A model generated the notes under the pieces. It was not told the origin of the DNA. It made no database searches and was given only the letters and a program-made list of their open reading frames with translations. From assembly GCA_964012805.1 (NCBI GenBank), contig CAXGUD010000005.1, positions 32,001 to 96,000 on the forward strand: a stretch of 64,000 bases of DNA. Direction: 5' to 3'. How positions within the stretch are numbered: the stretch's first letter is position 1; each line of letters starts with the position of its first letter. The DNA is from an uncultured Bacteriovoracaceae bacterium. GTDB taxonomy: Bacteria; Bdellovibrionota; Bacteriovoracia; Bacteriovoracales; Bacteriovoracaceae. Below, one piece after another: positions 45,684 to 55,616 of the stretch. The position numbers were made by a program, and so were the translations under genes.

Positions 45684-46547
45684 ATGAAGAAAGAAATTTT
45701 CAATTTTACTACGCTTAAAGTCCACATTTGTTCAAAAACAAAGTCTCTTTTTCTACAATTAGCTCAACCAGAACCTTCAAAAAAAAACCTCATAAATGAA
45801 AAAATGCTCATTGAACTTGAGTCTCTTTTTTCGTGGCTTTCACAGCATATTGAAATTCATTCCGTCGCCATAACTGGACAAGATAATTACTTCTCAAAAG
45901 GTTTTGACTTAGATGAATTTGTTTCTCTTCCTGAAAAACGATTCCAAGAATTATTAGAAAAATATCAAAAACTTGTCTACGTTATGTTCTTTTTGCCTCA
46001 AACAATTATTGCGAACCTTCAAAGCGGGGGTGCAGGAGCAGGCTTAGAACTCGCCATGGGAGCCGATATTAGATTGGCCCATGAACAAAACTATTTCTCT
46101 TTTGATCATCTAAAACAAGCCCTTGTCCCTTCAGGAGGTGGAATAGGCTTTTCTACTGAGCTAATTCCTAATTCTTTTATTAGAAGCTGGCTACTTTCGC
46201 CACATTCTATTGATAATCAGGCCCTTAAGGGAAGCGGTTTTATTCATACCTTTTTAAATAAAGATGAAGAAGAAAAGGTCCTCACTGATATCCTCACAAA
46301 TATATCAAATCAAGCACCTGTTGCAAGAATCCAAACAAAAAGAAGCCTTTTAGAAGCCATCCTACCTGGACTAGACAGGACAATCAATTTTGAAAAGAAA
46401 TTTGCTCTGGCAGGATTGGCCATGAATGATTGGAGAAAGAAAATTAACGATTCTAAAAAAGGAACTCCCCAAGGGTTCGTTAAAGCAAGAGATTTAAACC
46501 TTTTACTTAAAGGAGAACCTCAACCTAAAAAGGAAAACCTTCAATAG
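45684..46547 (+). CDS. Enoyl-CoA hydratase/isomerase (crotonase) family protein, divergent
   Basis: FSKGFDL oxyanion motif; GAGLELAMGADIRLA. Confidence 0.75.
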   Translation: MKKEIFNFTTLKVHICSKTKSLFLQLAQPEPSKKNLINEKMLIELESLFSWLSQHIEIHSVAITGQDNYFSKGFDLDEFVSLPEKRFQELLEKYQKLVYVMFFLPQTIIANLQSGGAGAGLELAMGADIRLAHEQNYFSFDHLKQALVPSGGGIGFSTELIPNSFIRSWLLSPHSIDNQALKGSGFIHTFLNKDEEEKVLTDILTNISNQAPVARIQTKRSLLEAILPGLDRTINFEKKFALAGLAMNDWRKKINDSKKGTPQGFVKARDLNLLLKGEPQPKKENLQ

Positions 46548-46550
46548 ATT

Positions 46551-47501
46551 CTAAAACCGACAAACAACCCTAATTTCGTGGTTATTTAGAGCATTATCAA
46601 CTTTCATAAAGTCATCAGTAATTCCTAAAAGGAATCCTCCTCCTCCAGCTCCACAGAGCTTTAAATAAAAGTCATCACTATCAAGACCTCTTTCCCATAG
46701 CTCCTTAAATAAAGGGGGTATCATAAGGCCAAAGTGCTCTCTTTGAAAGGAAGAGAGGGACTTAAAGGCCTTCAACAAGCTTGAGGGATCATTTTGACAA
46801 AAGTAATTTATACATTCATTCGTTATAGGTAATAACTCTTCTTCGCAAACTTGACTAAATTCAGAAATTAAGCACTTTTCTAAAAACAGATTTACCAGAG
46901 GCTCAGTTTTACGAGATCTTCCAGTATTAAGAAGAAAAATTCCTCCCTCTCCTTTTCCAAATTGACTCAAGGAAATTTCAGCTCTTTCAAAATCGTTTTT
47001 CGCCCTTATTAGAATTGTTTGATTCAAATAACTAATCAGAGGATCCAAACCTGAACTTGAGCCATGAAAAAAAGACTCCATTAAAGAGAAGTAACTTTGG
47101 AGCCTATTTACCATCCTAGGATCTTTGAGAAAGACTTCTTTATCGCAGCTTTTAACTGCATAACGAGAAAAAAGGGAGGCACATAAAGCCCCTGAACTAC
47201 CAAGTCCATAACCTTGAGGTATCGTAGAATCAAAGAAAAGCCCTTGAGAAATGTCAAAATCAAAGGACTGGATGTCAAATTGAAAATCAGAAATAGGGCC
47301 AGTTCCCTCTCTATGGAGTTTTTTTAAATACTGAGAGAATGCCTTCAATTCTGGTTCGACCTTAGGTCCACTCCCTTTTCTAAAACTCAAGGAACCTTCA
47401 AACAAAGGGTATGGCAAGCACAAAGCCATAGAGTCTTTAATGATACTATACTCTCCAAAAAGCAAGATTTTAGAAACAAAAGATTCCTTTTCCATCAACA
47501 C
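46551..47501 (-). CDS. Mevalonate kinase (GHMP), Bacteroidota-like
   Basis: SKILLFGEYSII, IPQGYGLGSSGAL, FHGSSSGLDP, KLCGAGGGGF. Confidence 0.8.
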   Translation of the reverse strand: MLMEKESFVSKILLFGEYSIIKDSMALCLPYPLFEGSLSFRKGSGPKVEPELKAFSQYLKKLHREGTGPISDFQFDIQSFDFDISQGLFFDSTIPQGYGLGSSGALCASLFSRYAVKSCDKEVFLKDPRMVNRLQSYFSLMESFFHGSSSGLDPLISYLNQTILIRAKNDFERAEISLSQFGKGEGGIFLLNTGRSRKTEPLVNLFLEKCLISEFSQVCEEELLPITNECINYFCQNDPSSLLKAFKSLSSFQREHFGLMIPPLFKELWERGLDSDDFYLKLCGAGGGGFLLGITDDFMKVDNALNNHEIRVVCRF

Positions 47502-48583
47502 TCCAATGCCTTAGGACCCAAAGACCCTACAGAGTCTTCAATCCAATTTTTGTTTTCTAAAAATTCTTGCAAATTACTTTCAATAAAACGCTTTATTGAA
47601 GTATTTTCACTCTTTGGACAGAGAAGGTGAATGTTTGGACCTGCATCGAGGGTAAAGCAGCATTTAACTCCTGTCTTTGCCCGCATCTCCTTGATTTTTT
47701 CTATGACCACTAAAGACCTCGGATGCATTAATATGTAAGGATCTTTAGAACTCATCATAAGAGAATGTAAAGAAAGTGCTTCATTTTCCACAACACTTTG
47801 GAATAAATCCCAATTTCCTTTTATAATTGAGTCAACAAGCTTATTCATGTTGTTTTCGGCTTGTAAAATCCTCGCTTCAGCAAAGGGGTGTCCCTCCATT
47901 AAAGCGTGACCTTTTGTTGATGAAACCTTTTTGGGGGAACTATCAACGATAAGAATAAAATCACTCATCTCTTTAAAAAGAGGGTCTATCTTTGTAAAAG
48001 GAGTTGCATAGAAATCGCTTCCTTTTTCATGATTATCAATTTGATAAGGTCCCCATGAAGCCCACCCTCCATAAATTGAGCGGCAGGCACTGCCTGACCC
48101 TAGTCTTGCCATAGAGGACACTTCCTCAAAAAAAGTATCTCCAAGAAATGATTCATTACCAGAGTAAGCTGCAAAACTTCCCAAACAAAGAGCAAGTGAA
48201 GCCATTGAAGAAGCCGATGAGGCTATCCCTACAGAGTGGGGAAAGGTGTTCTCAGAATCAAATTCGAGATGATAGTCTTTAAGGTTTGGAATTTTATCTT
48301 CAACTCTTTCGAGAAAAGTACTTATTTTATTTTGAAATTGTACTTTTTTCTTTCCCTCGAAAAGAAGATCAAAAGAAAGCCCTTCTCCTTTAGGCTTTTT
48401 TCTCCAAGAAAGTGTTGTTTTTGTTTTAGAAGAACTGAGCGATAGGCTTAAGGAGCTGTTCATAGGAAGCTGAAGTCCTTTCTTTCCCCAATACTTTACA
48501 AGGGCTATATTGCTCGGAGCCTCCCAAGAAACCTGCCCCAAATTAATATCACCCTTAACAGAGTTTATAACAAAGGAATTCAT
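47495..48583 (-). CDS. mvaD: Diphosphomevalonate decarboxylase
   Basis: APSNIALVKYWGK, GIASSAS, ARLGSGSACRS, FTLDAGPNIH. Confidence 0.92.
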   Translation of the reverse strand: MNSFVINSVKGDINLGQVSWEAPSNIALVKYWGKKGLQLPMNSSLSLSLSSSKTKTTLSWRKKPKGEGLSFDLLFEGKKKVQFQNKISTFLERVEDKIPNLKDYHLEFDSENTFPHSVGIASSASSMASLALCLGSFAAYSGNESFLGDTFFEEVSSMARLGSGSACRSIYGGWASWGPYQIDNHEKGSDFYATPFTKIDPLFKEMSDFILIVDSSPKKVSSTKGHALMEGHPFAEARILQAENNMNKLVDSIIKGNWDLFQSVVENEALSLHSLMMSSKDPYILMHPRSLVVIEKIKEMRAKTGVKCCFTLDAGPNIHLLCPKSENTSIKRFIESNLQEFLENKNWIEDSVGSLGPKALEC

Positions 48584-49620
48584 TGAAGAAGCTCCTCTTT
48601 TTTACTTATAGATAACGCTGAATCTTTTGAAAGCAAAGGACTCCTTTCAAGAATTATATCTCTATAAGAAAAAATAACATCGTGATCTAATTTCCTTCTA
48701 AAATATTCCTTTGTTGAAGAAGCAGACTCTTCACTTGTTACCAAAGCAAAGTCTCCTCCCCAAGCACCTAGAGACTTTACCGTTCCCCAAAAGTCCGAAA
48801 AAGTTGTTTTCTTGATGGGCTCAAGACCCATATATCTTGAAACGACATCTTCATGCTCAATCAAAAGCTCTTCAAATTCGCGAAGATCATCGGCCACTGC
48901 CATAGCTTTTGTGAGAGCATTGATAATATTAATTATATCTTTACTAGCCGCGCCTCTTTCCCGATAATCTTTCACAGCCTGGCCAGAATCTTTTTTAGTT
49001 CCCAAATAGACAAAGTAAAGGTTTTCTTTAAATGAAGGGTTAAAGTCGACCAAACTCCATGTGGGCATTTTTTCTTTTAACTGATAAAAAATTGGTCCCT
49101 CGGCTTGAGCACAAGCAATGTCATAGCCTGACCCGCCGGATGTTTCAAAAAGAAGCTTGAAAGGATTAACATAAGCCCACTGAGCTATGTTAAAAATATG
49201 GGTAGAGCTTGATCCCAAACCCCAATGAAGGGGAAAATTAGTTTTAGTTGTAACCTCAACATCAACATTTTCTCTTAAAAAATGGCTATTTTCCTTCCTC
49301 ACCTCAAGAAGAAGCTCTTGAAGTTTAAGGGCCTTTAAAGAAGGGTTTTCCCTCAGGCAACGAAAGTGCCAAAACTCATACTCAGACTCAAACCACACCT
49401 CTCCTTTTTCATCATAACTTTTCCAAGTTAATGTTGGGTTGAAAGAAGGTTTGTGCGAAACCATTAATTTTTGACCAAAAATTGTCGGCAAAGCCAGGGA
49501 AACAGCTCCATCCAAAACAAAATACTCACCAGAAATAAGAAGTTTCCCATTGCCATAGAAGTTCTGAGTTTGTTTGGCTGAGTTTCTTTTATTTACCTCA
49601 GGTTGAATTCCACTTTCCAT
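48580..49620 (-). CDS. GYDIA-family GHMP kinase (probable phosphomevalonate kinase)
   Basis: GKLLISGEY.VLDGA, WGLGSSST, GSGYDIACA, KSLGAWGGDF. Confidence 0.82.
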   Translation of the reverse strand: MESGIQPEVNKRNSAKQTQNFYGNGKLLISGEYFVLDGAVSLALPTIFGQKLMVSHKPSFNPTLTWKSYDEKGEVWFESEYEFWHFRCLRENPSLKALKLQELLLEVRKENSHFLRENVDVEVTTKTNFPLHWGLGSSSTHIFNIAQWAYVNPFKLLFETSGGSGYDIACAQAEGPIFYQLKEKMPTWSLVDFNPSFKENLYFVYLGTKKDSGQAVKDYRERGAASKDIINIINALTKAMAVADDLREFEELLIEHEDVVSRYMGLEPIKKTTFSDFWGTVKSLGAWGGDFALVTSEESASSTKEYFRRKLDHDVIFSYRDIILERSPLLSKDSALSISKKEELLQ

Positions 49621-50942
49621 TAGTGATATTTCCTCAAACCATTTAAGAACTCTTTAACTGCATTATGAGAAACAACCTTATCAACAAAAAAAGCCTTGGC
49701 TTTTTCTCTCTCATCTTCACTCGTATTAAAGTGATTGAGTATGTTAAATAAATGCATTTTCATATGCCCTTTTTGAATTCCTGAAGTCACTAATGAATTT
49801 AGAGCACCAAAGTTTTGGGCAAGTCCAATAGACGCTGCTATTTCCATCAATTTGGGAGCTGATGGCTGGCCTAATATTTCAAGAGAAATTTTTGCCAAAG
49901 GATGAAGCGAAGTCAATCCACCGACAGTACCCAAAGCCAACGGAAGTTCTAAACTAAAAGTAAAGGAACCATCCTCAATCTTAACATCACTCAAAGATCT
50001 ATACTGACCACTTCTGGCAGCATAAGCGTGAGCACAAGACTCCACAGCCCTAAAATCATTACCAGTCGCCAAAACAACAGCATCAATACCATTCATAATA
50101 CCCTTATTATGAGTTGTTGCTCTATAGACATCAGAATTAGCAATCAATACGGCTTTTCTAAGGCGATCAGCATAAACTTCTGGGTCCATTGACAACCCTA
50201 AGTGATCCAAATCCTCTATTGAACAGGAAACCTCTGACCTTACAAGACATTCAGGCGTATAATTTGAAAGAATCGACATTATCACATCAATCTTTCGCTC
50301 CTCTGAAGTAAAAAAGGTGGACGCTTCAACGCTCTCCTTCAACTTGGTAGCAAATGCTTCAAGGACTGAATTAATAAAATTGGCTCCCATAGCATCACAG
50401 GTTTCAAACTTTACGTGAATTTGAAAGAGACCCTTTTCGATAGAAGTCTTATCAACAAGCTCAATGCTTTTTATTCCACCACCTCTTTTCTCCATTGAAT
50501 GAACAAGAGGTGCTACACACTTTTTCAACTCAGGAACAAGCCCTTTAAAAAAAGACTCTAAGCGGGGTGTTTGACCATACCAGAAGAAATGAACCTGCCC
50601 CACCTTAGCTGTTGAAATAACCTTTGTTTTAACTCCACCACGGGTCATCCAAAACTTTGCACTCTTAGCGCTAGCTGCGACAACAGAGCTTTCTTCAGTT
50701 ACCATGGGAACACAATAAAGATCGTTATTAATCATTAAGTTAGGAACAACACCATAAGGAAGAAAAAAATTGGTTATAGTGTTTTCACTAAATTCATCAA
50801 ATGCTCTTTGGAAAGATTCACTCTTATGCCAGAAACTTTCAATTCTTTCACGAATATCAAACGAGCCGTTAAAAAAGGTTTTAATCAAAAAATCTATTTT
50901 TTGCTTCTTCGAAAATTTTGAAAAGCTAGTTACCTCTTTCAA
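49620..50942 (-). CDS. mvaA: HMG-CoA reductase, class II
   Basis: EESSVVAA, DAMGAN, THNKGIMNG, GNDFRAVE, GIQKGHMKMH. Confidence 0.93.
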   Translation of the reverse strand: MKEVTSFSKFSKKQKIDFLIKTFFNGSFDIRERIESFWHKSESFQRAFDEFSENTITNFFLPYGVVPNLMINNDLYCVPMVTEESSVVAASAKSAKFWMTRGGVKTKVISTAKVGQVHFFWYGQTPRLESFFKGLVPELKKCVAPLVHSMEKRGGGIKSIELVDKTSIEKGLFQIHVKFETCDAMGANFINSVLEAFATKLKESVEASTFFTSEERKIDVIMSILSNYTPECLVRSEVSCSIEDLDHLGLSMDPEVYADRLRKAVLIANSDVYRATTHNKGIMNGIDAVVLATGNDFRAVESCAHAYAARSGQYRSLSDVKIEDGSFTFSLELPLALGTVGGLTSLHPLAKISLEILGQPSAPKLMEIAASIGLAQNFGALNSLVTSGIQKGHMKMHLFNILNHFNTSEDEREKAKAFFVDKVVSHNAVKEFLNGLRKYH

Positions 50943-50978
50943 ACAAATAACCTCTTTATAATCATTAAAATAAAAACT

Positions 50979-52100
50979 TTATGTCCTGACCTTCAAAAAA
51001 GCCTTCGACAAAGCAAGGTTCTTCAACTCGGACTCAACATATTCCTTAAGTGCTGGATAACCCTCTCGACCCTTCACCAAAAAAGCTTTTGCTTGAGCAT
51101 AGACTGATGATCCAAGAAGGTTTTCCATCAAGTAAAAACCGTGCAGAGAATCCTTAACTCCGCCCGAAATAATAAAACTTCGGCACTTCGCTTTACTACC
51201 TAAATTATCTAGAATACGGTTGGCACAAATTATCATCTCATCTGCTGTATGGCCAACTTGAGAAAATTGGGAATAACTTGAAAAGTCATTTACCTTCCCT
51301 CTCATTAGCTCCAACTTAGTAAAATTTGTTCCACCATACGCAGCGAAGTCAATTGCACTGAGAGGCAGTTTAATAAGCTCTTCAAGGCTCTTTGGACCAA
51401 AACCTTGACCAACTTCCTTCACGATAAGCTTACCTTCAAATACGCCTAATAGCCTCTTAATGGTCTCTAGCGGTGCTCTTTTATATCTATCACCCTCCGG
51501 CTGAAACCATTCCTGCAAAGGGTTTATATGAACAATAAGACCATCTGCATCGAGTGTTTTTACAAGTTCTTGAAGTTTTTTCTCTTCACCATTATCTATA
51601 AGCTCTTCAACCTGAGCAATTCCTAGATTAGCGTAAAAAGGAAGCTCATCACCCAGTATAGGCCTTAAGTCAAAATCACTAATATGTTTTGAACTACTGA
51701 GGAGGGTTCTACAAGAACCAAGACCCATACCTAAACCAAACTCCGCAGCGATCTTGGCCCAGATTTTATTAAGTTTCCCGGCTTCCTTAGCACCTCCAGT
51801 CATACTAGATATCCAAAGAGGAGCCTTAACCCTTTTGCCTAAGAAGTCACAAGATAAGTCATCATTAAGCGGAGTTGGGTGAGCAGCAAGAAGAGGCTCG
51901 AAGTCAAAGCGGGAATCAGCTGTTTCGATAGGCATTTGAGACTTAACCGCCAAATCAAGATGATCGGTTTTTCTCTCCTCTAGACTGTCTGATTCAGAAC
52001 CATTTATATTGTCTTGCACCGTAATACCACTCTTTAACTTCTTAATGGGAAGTCTTAATGTTTTTCTATTCTGTTTATGAAAGATTTCCGGAAATGACAA
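50979..52100 (-). CDS. fni: Type 2 isopentenyl-diphosphate isomerase (FMN-dependent); true start probably about 25 codons in
   Basis: RKTDH, SSMTGG, GLGS, NLGIAQ, HINPLQE..QPEGD, VKEVG.G, GGTNF. Confidence 0.9.
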   Translation of the reverse strand: MSFPEIFHKQNRKTLRLPIKKLKSGITVQDNINGSESDSLEERKTDHLDLAVKSQMPIETADSRFDFEPLLAAHPTPLNDDLSCDFLGKRVKAPLWISSMTGGAKEAGKLNKIWAKIAAEFGLGMGLGSCRTLLSSSKHISDFDLRPILGDELPFYANLGIAQVEELIDNGEEKKLQELVKTLDADGLIVHINPLQEWFQPEGDRYKRAPLETIKRLLGVFEGKLIVKEVGQGFGPKSLEELIKLPLSAIDFAAYGGTNFTKLELMRGKVNDFSSYSQFSQVGHTADEMIICANRILDNLGSKAKCRSFIISGGVKDSLHGFYLMENLLGSSVYAQAKAFLVKGREGYPALKEYVESELKNLALSKAFLKVRT

Positions 52101-52265
52101 ATATAACGGACTGGCTTAGATATTTAAACCTATTTTATACATACAAATTTTATACAAAATATCAGAGTTAATTTGTACTAAAAGTTTGCCGATTAGTAAA
52201 CAAATTTTGTTGCATTAAACTTTATGTACGTCACTCCAGGGAAAAAAAGAAATTTAAACTTTATT

Positions 52266-54635
52266 TTAATTTAAACTTTTTCGCTTTTTTCCAACAAGTA
52301 TCAGTTCACTTACCTTATTTTTTTCAATGGCAGATGAGTTCATCAATTGAAAACGATACTTGTTTGTAAGATAAAGATCTTTTTGGTCTCGATAATGCTC
52401 ACTAAGTATATGTCCGGAGTTTCCTAAAGGAAGAACTCCCCAAGAAAAACCAGGAGTTTTGAAATCAATCAACCTTCTTGTCGAGGGACCAGACACAACC
52501 TTAAAACCGTTAGCACAGCCTTTACTCGCCAAATTATTAATAAGCTCGTAACCACCTGAAGCGCCATAAGGACCCAAATTGAAAATATAGTTTAACGGCT
52601 TTACTTTGCCTAGAGGATGAACGTGCTCTACGGTGTGCGCTTTCCCCCAAGTCCATTTTTCGATATTGCTACCAAAGCTTCTTGAGAGACTTTTAATAGC
52701 ATTTTGAAAACCTAAGAAAAGAATTTCATTCCTTTTTTCAACTTTATCATCTGTTGATTTTAAGTCCCACCAAGAAGCATTGTCTTGCTGTAATAACCTT
52801 TTGTAAGAAAACCAATGAGAACCAAGGCTGCAATAAGCTTCCATATGTTCTACAGGAAGCTCATCAAAGAGGAGTTTTTTATTTTCTAAGTTCCATTGAT
52901 GATAAATCAAAGCTGCTTTACTTTTAATAAGGGAACGGTAATTCCAACCTGTTAGCTCCTTAATGATACTTTTCTCTTTCTGAGTAAAACCTTTCCCATT
53001 AAGAGAAGAAAGCAATATTGGGAGAATTGACTGAGCTGTTTGAGAAAGAGATGAGGTTTGAATCTCTTTCAATTCTTCAACACTCCATTTTTCTTGAGTT
53101 TTAAGAAGAGAGTTAATTATATCAAACCGGTCAGAAGGTGACCAAAAACCAGCAATATTTTTTCCATGTAAAGGCCTCCAATTAGCAAGAACAATAACTC
53201 CGGACTCTGGATTATAAGTTCTTGGGTTTTCGGAAGTAGGAAAATAAGAATATTCATCTCTTCCAGAAGCACCATCTAAAACTCTATCTGAGTTCATACC
53301 TTTAGGCCTATTTGGGATTCTTCCATAGACCATTGATCCAATATCACCGTTAGAATCTGCGTAAGCGATATTAAGCCCTGGAGCAGCTCCATATCCAAAA
53401 GCTTTAGTAAATTCAGTCCAGTTCTTGGCCCTGGCCCCTCTATATATTCCTTCCAATGCTAGGTTTTTTGGATGGTAAAAACTCCATTTTACAGAGATAG
53501 GTTTTCCATCCATTATCTGATCCAAAAGAGGTCCATGAGGCGTTATTCTAACTTTCAGCTTTTTAGGGGCTTCACCCTTCACCTGAATAACTTCTTCATA
53601 CTCTCGAATCGGCTGCCATTCTCCCCTAAATTTAACTTTTTTACCGTCAGACGACATTTTTTCTTTGTAGAAATCCATATCATCGACCTTACTCATAGTA
53701 AGGCCCCAAGCAATATGCTTATTATGACCTAAAGCCGGAAACGGTATCAAAGGTAGGTAATGACCATAAATTTCATGATTCGGTGTTTTTATATGAGCTT
53801 CAAACCAGACCCCAGGCGTAGCAAAAGCAACGTGAGGATCCGAAGCCAAAATTGGTTTACCACTTTTGGAACGCTTTCCCGATAAAACCCAAGCATTACT
53901 ACCTTCAAAAGCATAAAAACCCTGCTTTAACTCCTCATGAATTCCTAATATTTTTTTTAGAGATACCTCAGAGACAGCTGCGACCTTTTTCTTTTCAAAT
54001 TCAGGTTCAGGTCTTAAATTTTCAAACATATCTTTTGATAAGGTAGAGGCTAGTGTCGAAAAAAGAACATCTTTTCGAAAAGAGGTTGCAAAGCTATAAC
54101 CCATATAACCGCTAAAGGAAAAAGCATCGTAAGGGCCAAAAGGCTTCGGTTCATAGCCAAGTAAATGAAACTCAATTGGCAGAGGGTTTTTCTTTATATA
54201 CTCATTAACGCCTTCATAAAAAGCTGTTAGATGACCCCACATTTTTTTATTTCTTTTACCTTCTCTTTTCCTCTTCTCCATAAGCTCGACCATCGCCTTT
54301 CTAAATCGAAGAGTTCTAAACTTTTTATCTACTTCTAAAGTTCTTTTTCCTAAAACTTCACTCAGTTGGCCATTGGCCAACCTTCTTTGAATATCCATCT
54401 GAAAAAGTCTTTCACTGGCCATGACAAAACCCAAGGCAAAGTAAGCATCTCTTTCACTCTCAGATGTAATATGGGGAACTCCCCACTCATCTTTTACAAT
54501 CCTAACTTTACTTTCAAGACCTTTTAAGAAAACAACACCTTCGCTGACTGGCTTGGACCTATGAAATAAGTAATAAACTGAGGAAAGGACTATAGTTAAG
54601 AGAAACAAAGTAGTGAAAAGAATTTTTTTCAACAC
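52266..54635 (-). CDS. Penicillin acylase family Ntn-hydrolase (possibly AHL or acyl-amide acylase)
   Basis: DEWGVPHI, ERLFQMD, GSNAW (beta-chain nucleophile Ser), ASDPH, NIAYAD, GNSG....HYRDQ. Confidence 0.92.
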   Translation of the reverse strand: MLKKILFTTLFLLTIVLSSVYYLFHRSKPVSEGVVFLKGLESKVRIVKDEWGVPHITSESERDAYFALGFVMASERLFQMDIQRRLANGQLSEVLGKRTLEVDKKFRTLRFRKAMVELMEKRKREGKRNKKMWGHLTAFYEGVNEYIKKNPLPIEFHLLGYEPKPFGPYDAFSFSGYMGYSFATSFRKDVLFSTLASTLSKDMFENLRPEPEFEKKKVAAVSEVSLKKILGIHEELKQGFYAFEGSNAWVLSGKRSKSGKPILASDPHVAFATPGVWFEAHIKTPNHEIYGHYLPLIPFPALGHNKHIAWGLTMSKVDDMDFYKEKMSSDGKKVKFRGEWQPIREYEEVIQVKGEAPKKLKVRITPHGPLLDQIMDGKPISVKWSFYHPKNLALEGIYRGARAKNWTEFTKAFGYGAAPGLNIAYADSNGDIGSMVYGRIPNRPKGMNSDRVLDGASGRDEYSYFPTSENPRTYNPESGVIVLANWRPLHGKNIAGFWSPSDRFDIINSLLKTQEKWSVEELKEIQTSSLSQTAQSILPILLSSLNGKGFTQKEKSIIKELTGWNYRSLIKSKAALIYHQWNLENKKLLFDELPVEHMEAYCSLGSHWFSYKRLLQQDNASWWDLKSTDDKVEKRNEILFLGFQNAIKSLSRSFGSNIEKWTWGKAHTVEHVHPLGKVKPLNYIFNLGPYGASGGYELINNLASKGCANGFKVVSGPSTRRLIDFKTPGFSWGVLPLGNSGHILSEHYRDQKDLYLTNKYRFQLMNSSAIEKNKVSELILVGKKRKSLN

Positions 54636-54754
54636 TTTTAAAACTCCTGTTAGAAATGCTTATTTCAAAAAAACTTATCCAAATAAACATTTTGGCAGTT
54701 AAAAGAGATAAAAATTAAATAGCGTTTATTATGTACGATGTCAAAAGGAGGTGC

Positions 54755-54807
54755 TTCATTGAAGGTCTGAATACAATAAAACTTATTGTATTCAGACCTT
54801 CAATGAA
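54755..54807. repeat. Perfect 25-bp inverted repeat with 3-nt loop
   Basis: TTCATTGAAGGTCTGAATACAATAA-aac-TTATTGTATTCAGACCTTCAATGAA. Confidence 0.95.
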
Positions 54808-54869
54808 AGTTGACAGTAAAAAAGACCATGATTTACTAATTCATATTGCAGAGATGCTTAAAGGGTATG

Positions 54870-55592
54870 TCAAAATGGTGAATCTTTTTTTGAAAAAGGA
54901 GCAATAATTAATACAAACTCCCTCTTTTTATTTTTTAAGTTTTTTATTAGTTGGTTGGCACCACCTCGCATAAGCTCCTCAGTTTCTGAGTTTAAATCCA
55001 AGGCCAAGAAAACATCTCTTTTTTTCTTCAAAAAAGTCTTAAGCTCTCCCAGAGTTTTTCCTAGCCTGTAAGGGGTATCCATTAAAACAAGTGTAGCTTC
55101 ATTTTGAAGAAGTTCTTTCCATCTTTGTTCCCGAAACTCCTTTTTAGCAGGAAGAAAACCCTCAAACCAAAAACTTTTATGAGAAAAGCCTGAAAGGGCC
55201 AAAGCCAAACTTATCGAATGAGGAAAAGGCGTGCTTGTAACCCTTACCCTAGACTTGTGGCAAAGGTCGACAAGTTGTCTACCTGGATCACAAAATGCAG
55301 GTAAACCTCCATCACTCATCAAAAAAACATTAAAACCTTTTTTCAAGTAGTCCAGTAAGGCAACAGATTCTTTTTCATAAGTATGTTCATTATATAAAAC
55401 AAAGTCATTTACAATATCTCGTGGTAGTCCCCAACGGATCCAACGCCTCCTACCCGCTTTCAAGTCCTCGATAGCAAAAATTGTTTTTTCTTTCTTATTC
55501 TCATAAGCGTCTTTCAACTGATTAAAGGCAACTTCTTCAAGAGGATTAACTTCATCAATAGGGGTCGGAACAAGAGTAAGTATTCCTTTCAC
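54870..55592 (-). CDS. RsmI-like tetrapyrrole-methylase-fold SAM methyltransferase
   Basis: LTLVPTPI, LYNEH, MSDGGLPAFCDPG, FEGFLP, DTPYR. Confidence 0.82.
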   Translation of the reverse strand: MKGILTLVPTPIDEVNPLEEVAFNQLKDAYENKKEKTIFAIEDLKAGRRRWIRWGLPRDIVNDFVLYNEHTYEKESVALLDYLKKGFNVFLMSDGGLPAFCDPGRQLVDLCHKSRVRVTSTPFPHSISLALALSGFSHKSFWFEGFLPAKKEFREQRWKELLQNEATLVLMDTPYRLGKTLGELKTFLKKKRDVFLALDLNSETEELMRGGANQLIKNLKNKKREFVLIIAPFSKKDSPF

Positions 55593-55616
55593 TTTAAGTA
55601 TCCTTTTTTTAAAACT

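Noticed and set aside
52222..54737. TTATGTACG 9-bp direct repeat on both sides of the acylase gene (52222 and 54729)
   Set aside because: Could mimic a target-site duplication, but there are no terminal repeats or transposase and a 9-mer match is plausible by chance
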